Shown piece by piece: positions 19,796 to 26,209 of a DNA stretch of 30,281 nt. Within the stretch, counting starts at the first letter, position 1, and each line of letters starts with the position of its first letter. Source of the stretch: a virus (Duplodnaviria; Caudoviricetes); IMG/VR virus record IMGVR_UViG_3300020044_000285, positions 1 through 30,281 of that record; one strand, given 5' to 3'. The translations under genes and the position numbers were made by a program. The notes under the pieces were generated by a model that was not told the DNA's origin, searched no databases, and was given only the letters and a program-made list of their open reading frames with translations.

Positions 19796-20095
19796 TTCTT
19801 TGACAAAGATTCCCTCTTTTGTCAGATAGCCTTTTCTATCTTTAATCTCCTCGTATGCGCCTTTAAAGCACTCTACGAGGTCTAAATCTGCACAGGCGCA
19901 ACCCATTACTAGGGTAACGAGAATGTCGCCATATGCGTCTTTCATTTCTTCTCTGTCGCCTTTAGCGATAGCAGCATATAACTCGTCTAGTTCTTCAAGA
20001 GTTTTCTTTGCTTGAGCAGCAGGGGTAGAGTTCTGCACAATTCCTCGTGCTTCACCCCATTGGATTGTCAACATTTCTGTTTTAGCAAACGACAT
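19787..20095 (-). CDS. MazG-like nucleotide pyrophosphohydrolase
   Basis: 'KTLEELDEL', 'DAYGDILVTL', 'AYEEIKDRKG...GIFVKE'. Likely ATG at 20095 with AAGGA RBS. Confidence 0.85.
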   Translation of the reverse strand: MSFAKTEMLTIQWGEARGIVQNSTPAAQAKKTLEELDELYAAIAKGDREEMKDAYGDILVTLVMGCACADLDLVECFKGAYEEIKDRKGYLTKEGIFVKESA

Positions 20096-20591
20096 TTTCT
20101 TTTCCTTTGTAAATTGAGTGTGTCTGATATTTTTTTGACGCTTCAACATAGCTTGCATAAGCATCTTCTACATTTGCGTAATAACCAAGATGCAAAACTT
20201 TTCCTTTTACAGTTATTGCTGCTTGCCATTTCTCATCTCTTTTATGCCATGTAACGCCTTTGTATCCAGAAGTATTCTTGGAGTTTTTTAATCTGTTTTG
20301 AGCATTTTCAGATGCGTTCGCAAGTCTTAAATTTGCAATTCTGTTGTCTGATTTATTTCTGTTTATATGGTCAAGATTTCCTTGAGCAAACTCTCCATAA
20401 GCAAAAAGCCATGCAACTCTATGAGCAAGTATTTTTTTACCGCCAACAGACAACATGATGTATCCATCTTTAGTTTTTGAACCTGCTACATCACCTGCTT
20501 TTACGCCTCTGGTTCCATTTCTTACCCAAGTAAAAATACCAGTTTCTTTGTCGTAATTTAATTTTTCAAAAACTACATCTTTGAAAATCAT
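20082..20591 (-). CDS. HNH homing endonuclease with C-terminal AP2 domain
   Basis: 'AHRVAW...LDHINRNKSDNRIANLR...N' then 'NTSGYKGVTW...KWQA.I......LGYY'. Confidence 0.9.
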   Translation of the reverse strand: MIFKDVVFEKLNYDKETGIFTWVRNGTRGVKAGDVAGSKTKDGYIMLSVGGKKILAHRVAWLFAYGEFAQGNLDHINRNKSDNRIANLRLANASENAQNRLKNSKNTSGYKGVTWHKRDEKWQAAITVKGKVLHLGYYANVEDAYASYVEASKKYQTHSIYKGKENVVC

Positions 20592-20596
20592 AGCAA

Positions 20597-20637
20597 TCCC
20601 CTAAGTTTAGATGGCAAATTATACCATTTAACTTAGG
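20597..20637 (-). promoter_or_regulatory. Extended -10 promoter (TGgTATAAT) inside an inverted repeat that overlaps the HNH RBS
   Basis: Minus strand reads CCTAAGTT-AAATGGTATAATTTGCCATCTA-AACTTAGG-GGA. Confidence 0.65.
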
Positions 20638-20646
20638 TAAAGCAAC

Positions 20647-20979
20647 TCATTTGATAGCTTTCATAATTCTTTGTTTCTTACCAGAGCGTCCATCTTTAGT
20701 TCCAGTAATCTCAATGTAGCCTTTGTTTAACAAGGCACGATAGCGAGGAGTTATTGATGAGTAACGATGCTCTGGCAGAGCCTCTAGCACTTCATCTGAA
20801 ATACACCCATCAGGAAAGCTTTTAATAGCCTCATAGACGATTTGTTCTAGCTTGGTGCTATCAACTGCTTGCGCTGCATCTTTAGAGGTCTGTGGGTCAT
20901 CTTTTCGTGCCAATTTAAATGGTGCAGTACCAAAGAACTTCTCTACTTGACCACCAAACCATGTTTTATCTAAAGTCAT
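20647..20979 (-). CDS. Hypothetical winged-helix-like DNA-binding protein
   Basis: 'ARKDDPQTSKDAA', 'GCISDEV...SSITPRYRALL.KGYIE..G...GRSGKKQRI'; RBS AAGGAG. Confidence 0.65.
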   Translation of the reverse strand: MTLDKTWFGGQVEKFFGTAPFKLARKDDPQTSKDAAQAVDSTKLEQIVYEAIKSFPDGCISDEVLEALPEHRYSSITPRYRALLNKGYIEITGTKDGRSGKKQRIMKAIK

Positions 20980-21019
20980 TTTCTTCTCCTTAATGTGGGG
21001 GACTAAGCCCCCTATTTAC

Positions 21020-21259
21020 TTAAAAAGGTGCATCATCCTCATATGCAACCTTTTTCTTAGGCTGTAATGAAGCATCAGAGTTCTTGTTCTTGACAGACAG
21101 AGACATGAACTTAGCTCCATCTTTGCTGACCTTAATCCAAGCAGAGAGCCAGTACTCTGTGCCATCTACATTGATGCTTCCTTTGTAATCAGGAAACTTA
21201 GCATCATCTTTTCTATCGTTCTTAAAGAGTGAGCCTCGATTAGTGTTGTCGTATTCCAT
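21020..21259 (-). CDS. Small ssDNA-binding-like protein (DUF736-like)
   Basis: 'GSLFKND.K....PDYKG.I.VDG.EYWLSAW' and acidic DDAPF C-terminus typical of SSBs; next to ERF. Confidence 0.7.
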   Translation of the reverse strand: MEYDNTNRGSLFKNDRKDDAKFPDYKGSINVDGTEYWLSAWIKVSKDGAKFMSLSVKNKNSDASLQPKKKVAYEDDAPF

Positions 21260-21871
21260 TTAAATTTCCTTTGCTTTCTTCAAAGCTGTTCTTACTTTAC
21301 TAGGCAGCAAAGTCCATAATGCTATCTTTTGTTCAGCATCTAAGTTCTCTGCTTCCAACTTTACCCAAGCTTTCTTAGGTTCTTCACTATCACATAGAGC
21401 AATCAATTCCATTGCTAACTCTTTGAGATAAATCTGTTCTTCTTCTGGGATGCTATCCATTGCACCTTGAGTTGGTGTAATGATTACCTTTTCTTCCTTG
21501 ATAGGGGCAGCAGCATCGAAGGAATCATTCTCTACGAGGTCACAGGCACACATATAAAGGTATCTGCGCTGGTAGGTTTGCAGGCCGCCAAGGGACTGGA
21601 TAGCCGATGCACCTTTCATCGTTGACTCAACCATTGGACTTGTAATCACAATGCAAGTGCCATCATCAACATCAGTAATTGTCAGGCTTGCAAACTCAGC
21701 ATCAAACGACACTACGCTGCACAAACCAATACGATTAAAGATTGCGTTTACTTGTGGAAGAAAGTCTCCCAACTCAAAGTAATTGTAGCCAGCAAACTTG
21801 TTGTGACCAGACTTCTTGAGTGGCATTGCTTGTAATTCCACTCGTGCTTGCATTAACTTTTTATGTACCAT
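21260..21871 (-). CDS. ERF-family single-strand annealing protein
   Basis: 'KSGHNKFAGYNYFELGDFLP', 'IQSLGG.QTYQRRYLY'. Confidence 0.85.
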   Translation of the reverse strand: MVHKKLMQARVELQAMPLKKSGHNKFAGYNYFELGDFLPQVNAIFNRIGLCSVVSFDAEFASLTITDVDDGTCIVITSPMVESTMKGASAIQSLGGLQTYQRRYLYMCACDLVENDSFDAAAPIKEEKVIITPTQGAMDSIPEEEQIYLKELAMELIALCDSEEPKKAWVKLEAENLDAEQKIALWTLLPSKVRTALKKAKEI

Positions 21872-21872
21872 T

Positions 21873-22046
21873 TCATTTTTCCTTTAAATATTCTTCAATC
21901 ATTGCTTCTTTGTCTTCTTCATAGAGGTCTGAAAACTCTACAAAGTGGTTTTCTCCACAGCATGAGCCGTAGGTCTTTGGTTCAGTACAGTAGCAACAGT
22001 AAAGTGGCCCTGTTAAATCCTTAATTGCGTCTTCTCTAGTAATCAT
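21873..22046 (-). CDS. 57-aa Cys-rich acidic protein (CCYC...SCCGENHF)
   Basis: Read manually: MITREDAIKDLTGPLYCCYCTEPKTYGSCCGENHFVEFSDLYEEDKEAMIEEYLKEK; coupled to both neighbours. Confidence 0.65.
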   Translation of the reverse strand: MITREDAIKDLTGPLYCCYCTEPKTYGSCCGENHFVEFSDLYEEDKEAMIEEYLKEK

Positions 22047-22198
22047 TGGATACGCTCAATCTGTTTAGCAACTAACCACTTGTCACCAAGCTGGCGCACA
22101 GACTTGACCCATTGCTTTTGATAACTTCTGATGACTTCTGGAGGTGCATCATAGGTTGCAAATATCTTGCGTACATGGATTAGGAATCGTGTATTCAT
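22043..22198 (-). CDS. 51-aa hypothetical early protein
   Basis: ATG at 22198 overlaps the upstream TAA (TAATG); MNTRFLIHVRK...QWVKSVRQLGDKWLVA. Confidence 0.65.
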   Translation of the reverse strand: MNTRFLIHVRKIFATYDAPPEVIRSYQKQWVKSVRQLGDKWLVAKQIERIQ

Positions 22199-22290
22199 TA
22201 GCCTCTCCAAGCCAACATTACACCGATACCGCCAAAGATGATGACAGCGAGTGTCCACTCTACGAGTGTTTGAATAATCTTACTTTTCAT
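22198..22290 (-). CDS. 30-aa single-TM peptide, first gene of leftward operon
   Basis: MKSKIIQTLVEWTLAVIIFGGIGVMLAWRG with RBS TAAGGA. Confidence 0.6.
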   Translation of the reverse strand: MKSKIIQTLVEWTLAVIIFGGIGVMLAWRG

Positions 22291-22392
22291 TTTGATTTCC
22301 TTAAAAAGACCCATTTGCGTTTTGCTGTGGGCTGACGCAAGTATAGCAAACTAAACAGACTAAACAAGCTATTTATCTAGGTGTTTACCCTA
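22291..22392 (-). promoter_or_regulatory. Leftward early promoter + leader hairpin (copy A of repeated unit)
   Basis: Minus strand: TAGGGTAAACACCTA...TGTTTAGTTTGCTATACT...CAGCCCACAGCAAAACGCAAATGGGT...TTTTAAGGA. Confidence 0.7.
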
Positions 22393-22403
22393 AAAACAAC
22401 AAA

Positions 22404-22428
22404 TTGTTGAATTCGCTATACTGTAGAG
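22404..22428 (+). promoter_or_regulatory. Rightward promoter for cro-like gene
   Basis: TTGTTGAATTCGCTATACT; -10 TATACT at 22417-22422, 6 nt before the ATG. Confidence 0.6.
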
Positions 22429-22581
22429 ATGGATAAACAAACTGCTATCACACTTGCTGGCTCACAGAGTGAGCTTGCCCGAATCCTTGGAATAACAAGG
22501 GCTGCTGTCAATCATTGGAAAGCAATCCCTAAGTTGCGCCTTTATCAACTCAAAGAACTAAAGCCAGAGTGGTTCAAATGA
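22429..22581 (+). CDS. Cro-like HTH regulator (50 aa)
   Basis: Read manually: MDKQTAITLAGSQSELARILGITRAAVNHWKAIPKLRLYQLKELKPEWFK; first gene right of the divergence point. Confidence 0.85.
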   Translation: MDKQTAITLAGSQSELARILGITRAAVNHWKAIPKLRLYQLKELKPEWFK

Positions 22582-22775
22582 AACGACTTTACAAATACTT
22601 TACCTATAAGTCTTTGATGATGCAGCATTTGGCATTTGCCACAGAGAATGTATCTTTAGACGATTCTTTGTTTCACTTGGTTTTTTACCACTTTTACAAA
22701 GATGAAACGCAAAAACATTACTTTGCAATGTCGCATGATGAGCGTACAACTTTGCACAAGCTGATGATTCTGTAA
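22578..22775 (+). CDS. 65-aa hypothetical protein
   Basis: ATGA overlap with the cro-like stop. Confidence 0.55.
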   Translation: MKRLYKYFTYKSLMMQHLAFATENVSLDDSLFHLVFYHFYKDETQKHYFAMSHDERTTLHKLMIL

Positions 22776-22781
22776 TACAAT
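22752..22781 (+). promoter_or_regulatory. Sigma70-like promoter for the replication operon
   Basis: TTGCAC (22752-22757)-N18-TACAAT (22776-22781). Confidence 0.6.
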
Positions 22782-22786
22782 GTTTT

Positions 22787-22856
22787 GAAACACGGCTAGG
22801 TACGGCTTGATCACCATACCGAAAAGGGTTACCACTTCTTCCCCTGCCGAGGTTTC
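22787..22856 (+). ncRNA. Candidate three-way-junction leader RNA, copy 1
   Basis: P1 GAAAC.CGGC/GCCG..GTTTC; TA; P2 GGTA.GG/CC.TACC; GAAAA; P3 GGG/CCC with CCACTT in the loop; CT. Confidence 0.65.
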
Positions 22857-22892
22857 TTTGTTCTTAAAAGTGGGCTTTAAAGTGGAAAAAAT

Positions 22893-23603
22893 ATGGCTAA
22901 TCCTTGGTTTCGACTCTATTCAGAGTTCGCACATGACCCAAAAATTCAAATGCTTCCAGAGGCTATGCAAAGACGCTATGTCATGCTTATGTGCCTTAAA
23001 TGTAGCGAGACACTTGAAACGTTACATGAAACAGAGATAGCGTTTCAACTACGCTTATCAGAAGCTGAACTCATTGAAACAAAACAACTGTTTGTCAGTA
23101 AGAATTTTATTGATGAACAATGGAATTTATTGAATTGGGATAAACGTCAATTTGTCTCAGACTCAAGCACCATGCGGGTTCGCAAGTATCGAGATAAAAA
23201 GAAACAACCAAGTAACGATGATGAAACGTTACAGAAACGTCAAAGTAACGCTATAGATACAGATACAGATACAGAAAAGAAGCATAAGAAGATAACTGTC
23301 GTTGCAACACCTGAAGGTGTTTCTGATTCTGTTTGGCATGAGTTCATTGCTCACAGGAAATCCAAAAAGGCTCGTGTTACTCAATTGGTTGTTGATGGCA
23401 TACAAGAGCAAGCAAGGATTGCGGGTTGGTCATTGGAAGACGCATTGAAAGAAACCATTGTTCGCAACTGGCAATCTTTTAAAGCTGATTGGGTAAAAGA
23501 CGAAAGTTTAAGCAAGACTGGTCAGATGAATCAGCGTGTAATCTCAGGCTTAACTCGTGGACTTATTGGAGGCAACAGCAATGTCAAACTACTCGGAAAC
23601 TGA
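22893..23603 (+). CDS. Replication initiator protein (lambda O-analogous)
   Basis: 'WFRLYSEF..DPKIQML', central low-complexity linker with DNA repeats (DTDTDTE), C-terminal 'W.EF..HRK.KKA..T'; follows cro. Confidence 0.78.
   Translation: MANPWFRLYSEFAHDPKIQMLPEAMQRRYVMLMCLKCSETLETLHETEIAFQLRLSEAELIETKQLFVSKNFIDEQWNLLNWDKRQFVSDSSTMRVRKYRDKKKQPSNDDETLQKRQSNAIDTDTDTEKKHKKITVVATPEGVSDSVWHEFIAHRKSKKARVTQLVVDGIQEQARIAGWSLEDALKETIVRNWQSFKADWVKDESLSKTGQMNQRVISGLTRGLIGGNSNVKLLGN
23205..23292. other. Putative replication origin (iteron-like repeats in initiator gene)
   Basis: GTAACG at 23212 and 23245, GAAACGTTACA at 23223 (also at 23016), GAAACGTCA at 23234, then (AGATAC)3 and an A-rich stretch. Confidence 0.5.
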
Positions 23604-23973
23604 TTTCTGCACACAAGACCAAGGACTTGATTACATCTTTGGAAGAATGATGGCTATTTTTGGTGCGCCATTTAATCGCCATTTTGATGGACTAGACCCA
23701 GACTTTGTTCGACAAGAATGGAAAAACCAATTAGGTCGTTTTCTGACATACAGACCAAGCATGGATTTTGCTATTGCCAAACTGGATGGAGATTTCATTC
23801 CTAGTGCTATTAAGTTCAGAAACCTTTGCAATGCTGGCCCTGAGATTCCTGTTAAAGAAACCTTGCAGATTGTCAAGCAATCTACTGAAGCTGAAAAAAA
23901 AGAAGCATTAAAAGCAAGATTGATAGCAGCAGCATGGCTCGAAAAACATAGGACAAATAAAAATGTCACATGA
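23581..23973 (+). CDS. Probable helicase loader (replication protein P-like)
   Basis: Directly after the initiator; 'IFGRMMAIFG..F...F' and 'IPSAIKFRNLC' pattern; GGAGG RBS. Confidence 0.55.
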   Translation: MSNYSETDFCTQDQGLDYIFGRMMAIFGAPFNRHFDGLDPDFVRQEWKNQLGRFLTYRPSMDFAIAKLDGDFIPSAIKFRNLCNAGPEIPVKETLQIVKQSTEAEKKEALKARLIAAAWLEKHRTNKNVT

Positions 23974-24070
23974 GCAAGCAATGAAACTACTGGACAAGGT
24001 GCGGGAAGGCGTACCTACACCACTACACCTGATAAACAAAGCATTGGAATTGACTGGTGACTTGGAGTAG
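23963..24070 (+). CDS. 35-aa hypothetical protein (MSHEQAMKLLDKVREG...ALELTGDLE)
   Basis: Read manually; fills the gap between overlapping neighbours. Confidence 0.55.
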   Translation: MSHEQAMKLLDKVREGVPTPLHLINKALELTGDLE

Positions 24071-24269
24071 AAGAAATATACAAGGCCCAAGCGATAGGGT
24101 AATTCTTGAGCAAGCAGAGGCTCGGGAACTCTATCGCAATTGGGAGTGGTCTAAGAATCGTGACCTAATTCGTGCAAGGCTTGAAAGAGCAGAACGAATT
24201 TATGGAACTGGTGCTAGAGACAGAATAAGAGCTTACATGGCTCAGATGCGAGAAGGAACACTTGAATGA
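24057..24269 (+). CDS. Hypothetical protein (70 aa)
   Basis: GTG-start ORF with ATGA overlap to the next gene. Confidence 0.65.
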   Translation: MTWSRRNIQGPSDRVILEQAEARELYRNWEWSKNRDLIRARLERAERIYGTGARDRIRAYMAQMREGTLE

Positions 24270-24532
24270 GATACGCAGCAAGAGTAGATGCAAACCAAGA
24301 ACAGATAGTTTCAGCACTTCGAGCAGCAGGTGCTTATGTCTGGATTATTGGTCTGCCAGTTGACCTTTTGGTTGGATACAAGAATCACACATTCTTAGTT
24401 GAGTGCAAAGATGGCTCTAGAAAGCGTTTAACAAAGCTACAAGCAGAGTTTTTTGAAAAGTGGCATGGTGGCACTCTTTGCAGAATTGATAGCCCAGAAG
24501 CTGCATTACGAATGATTGGAATGGTCAAGTGA
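24266..24532 (+). CDS. VRR-NUC-like PD-(D/E)XK nuclease
   Basis: 'RVDANQ..IV.ALR..G', 'PVDLLVG', 'LVECKDG', 'LT..Q..F'. Confidence 0.8.
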   Translation: MRYAARVDANQEQIVSALRAAGAYVWIIGLPVDLLVGYKNHTFLVECKDGSRKRLTKLQAEFFEKWHGGTLCRIDSPEAALRMIGMVK

Positions 24533-24930
24533 TACTTCATCTGATAAGTACAGAACAGGCGAAAACTAGTATTCGTCTAAATTGGGACAAGATTAAGAAG
24601 GCTTTGGACTCTGGAAAACATCTAACGATGGAAATAAAACTAGCAAGTAAAAGCCGTGAGCAAGAAGAAAAGTACCATGCAATGATTGGGGATATTGCAA
24701 AACAAGCACAGCATCTAGGTGCTAAGTGGTCTTCCGAGGATTGGAAGCGTTTACTGGTTGACCAATTCTTGCGTGAAACTGAAAACATACAGGGGAAGAT
24801 TGTTCCTAACCTTGATGGCACAGGAATTGTCCAGTTAGGTCTTCAGACTCGTAAATTCACTAAAGAGCAAGCAAGCGAATTTGTAGAGTGGCTCTACTCT
24901 TGGGCAGCAAATAATGGAATAAATCTGTGA
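24529..24930 (+). CDS. ninB: NinB/Orf-family recombination protein
   Basis: 'S.EQ..KYHAMIGDIAKQ', 'W..EDWKRLL', 'VP.LDG.G.V.LG..T.KF.K...SEF.E.L'. Confidence 0.8.
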   Translation: MILHLISTEQAKTSIRLNWDKIKKALDSGKHLTMEIKLASKSREQEEKYHAMIGDIAKQAQHLGAKWSSEDWKRLLVDQFLRETENIQGKIVPNLDGTGIVQLGLQTRKFTKEQASEFVEWLYSWAANNGINL

Positions 24931-24931
24931 T

Positions 24932-25020
24932 TAGGGAAAGTACTTAGTAAATATCTTGTTTAGTTTGCTATACAATGCACTCAGCCCAAGCAATTCGCAA
25001 GGGTACTTTTAAGGATTAAG
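24932..25020 (+). promoter_or_regulatory. Internal early promoter + leader hairpin (copy B of repeated unit)
   Basis: TAGGGAAAGTACTTA...TGTTTAGTTTGCTATACAAT...CAGCCCAAGCAATTCGCAAGGGT..TTTTAAGGA; colinear with the reverse complement of 22291-22392. Confidence 0.7.
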
Positions 25021-25022
25021 AC

Positions 25023-25178
25023 ATGAACAAGTATTACGAATCAAAAGAATTCAGAAATGGATTTGATGCTGCTGCATCTTGCGAGCCTTGCGACAAAACA
25101 AAATCTAAAGAATGGATTGAAGGTTGGAATCACTACGAAGACAAGATGACTACAAGCGAATTAGCTTGCTGGTTTTAA
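25023..25178 (+). CDS. 51-aa protein with Rmf/CrpP-like motif
   Basis: Read manually: MNKYYESKEFRNGFDAAASCEPCDKTKSKEWIEGWNHYEDKMTTSELACWF; strong RBS. Confidence 0.65.
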   Translation: MNKYYESKEFRNGFDAAASCEPCDKTKSKEWIEGWNHYEDKMTTSELACWF

Positions 25179-25188
25179 GGATTAAGTT

Positions 25189-25449
25189 ATGTCTAAATAC
25201 ACAAAACTTACTGCTAAACAGCAAATGGTAATGATGGATTTTTTGGCTACTGCTAAAACAAATTCTCTTACTAATTTAGCTGCTTGTGTTCCATCTAGCC
25301 ACTCAATGTACAAAACAAATAAAGTGCGTCAAATTAGAGTTGTTACAGATGCAATTGCTTGGGGTTTGGATGAACTTGGTAATCGTGTCCGTTTAACTCC
25401 TGACTTGCGTGTTTTGCAAGAAACAGGATGGGGCGAAAGCAAATATTAA
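25189..25449 (+). CDS. Hypothetical protein (86 aa)
   Basis: ORF with TAAGGA RBS. Confidence 0.7.
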   Translation: MSKYTKLTAKQQMVMMDFLATAKTNSLTNLAACVPSSHSMYKTNKVRQIRVVTDAIAWGLDELGNRVRLTPDLRVLQETGWGESKY

Positions 25450-25459
25450 GGATTAAGAA

Positions 25460-25717
25460 ATGAAATACGAATTTGACACAACTGCTGGTGAAGGCTCTGA
25501 GATTGTTACTGTTGTCGTGGAATACGACACAGACGAAGAAGGCATCTGCGATGACAACATCATTGAGGTCTGGTTTGAAGGTCGTGATGTGATTGGCTTG
25601 TTCTCTGATGTTCAGTTCAAGGAAATGTCGATTGAAGCCAGTATGCGCCTACAAAAGCATATCTCTGATGAAGCTGACCATGCTCGTTCTGTTGACTACG
25701 ACATGAGAGATGTATGA
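25460..25717 (+). CDS. Highly acidic hypothetical protein (85 aa)
   Basis: ORF with TAAGGA RBS; very Asp/Glu-rich. Confidence 0.75.
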   Translation: MKYEFDTTAGEGSEIVTVVVEYDTDEEGICDDNIIEVWFEGRDVIGLFSDVQFKEMSIEASMRLQKHISDEADHARSVDYDMRDV

Positions 25718-25800
25718 GCAATAAAGAAGTTTATTTAATGTTGTCGGTAATGCTGACACTATTCTGGTTTTTTGTTTTCAAGATTTGGGATTTTGTGTGA
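25714..25800 (+). CDS. 28-aa single-TM peptide (MSNKEVYLMLSVMLTLFWFFVFKIWDFV)
   Basis: ATGA/GTGA overlaps on both sides. Confidence 0.5.
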   Translation: MSNKEVYLMLSVMLTLFWFFVFKIWDFV

Positions 25801-26018
25801 CAACAGATGAAATAAGAGAATTAGCTAAACAAGCTGGTTTTAGATGGGGTTATATCAAAGCAGAAGGTCTTATGGATGGAATGATTGATTTTGCCAAACT
25901 AGTAGCGCAGCATGAGCGTAAGGCGTGTGTTAAGGCGATTGAAGACCAGATTGCATGGGATTTAGATGACCCTGAATCTACTGCTATCAAAGTCATACAA
26001 GCAAGGGGACAAGCATGA
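25797..26018 (+). CDS. Hypothetical protein ('FA.LVA..ER.AC...I.ARG' type)
   Basis: GTG at 25797 overlapping the previous stop; pattern typical of small early genes in such phages. Confidence 0.7.
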   Translation: MTTDEIRELAKQAGFRWGYIKAEGLMDGMIDFAKLVAQHERKACVKAIEDQIAWDLDDPESTAIKVIQARGQA

Positions 26019-26209
26019 TGCCATCCATTGACTTGGGTGCTACTCACTCAACAAACCAATTTAAGTGGTGTACCAAATGCGATACAGATAAACCGCCAGA
26101 AGGAGGAATTGATATTGGTCACAAATGGATGTGTCAATCTTGCTGGTTAAAGCGTATTACTGGCGTACATCTGAAACAAAACCGCATAGATGGAGGTAAA
26201 TATGGGTAA
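26015..26209 (+). CDS. Small zinc-finger protein
   Basis: CTKC...CQSC pairs. Confidence 0.7.
   Translation: MMPSIDLGATHSTNQFKWCTKCDTDKPPEGGIDIGHKWMCQSCWLKRITGVHLKQNRIDGGKYG

Noticed and set aside
20997-21012. GGGGG-ACTAAG-CCCCC hairpin as terminator
   Set aside because: No U-tract on the coding (minus) strand and it lies inside an operon; at most a stabilising hairpin or a weak plus-strand terminator.
22787-22856. Hammerhead ribozyme interpretation of the 3-way junction (TGATCA...GAAA)
   Set aside because: No CUGANGA core in a junction, and copy 2 lacks that sequence altogether.
22807-23040. 77-aa TTG-start ORF
   Set aside because: Overlaps the structured leader and the initiator gene out of frame; no RBS.
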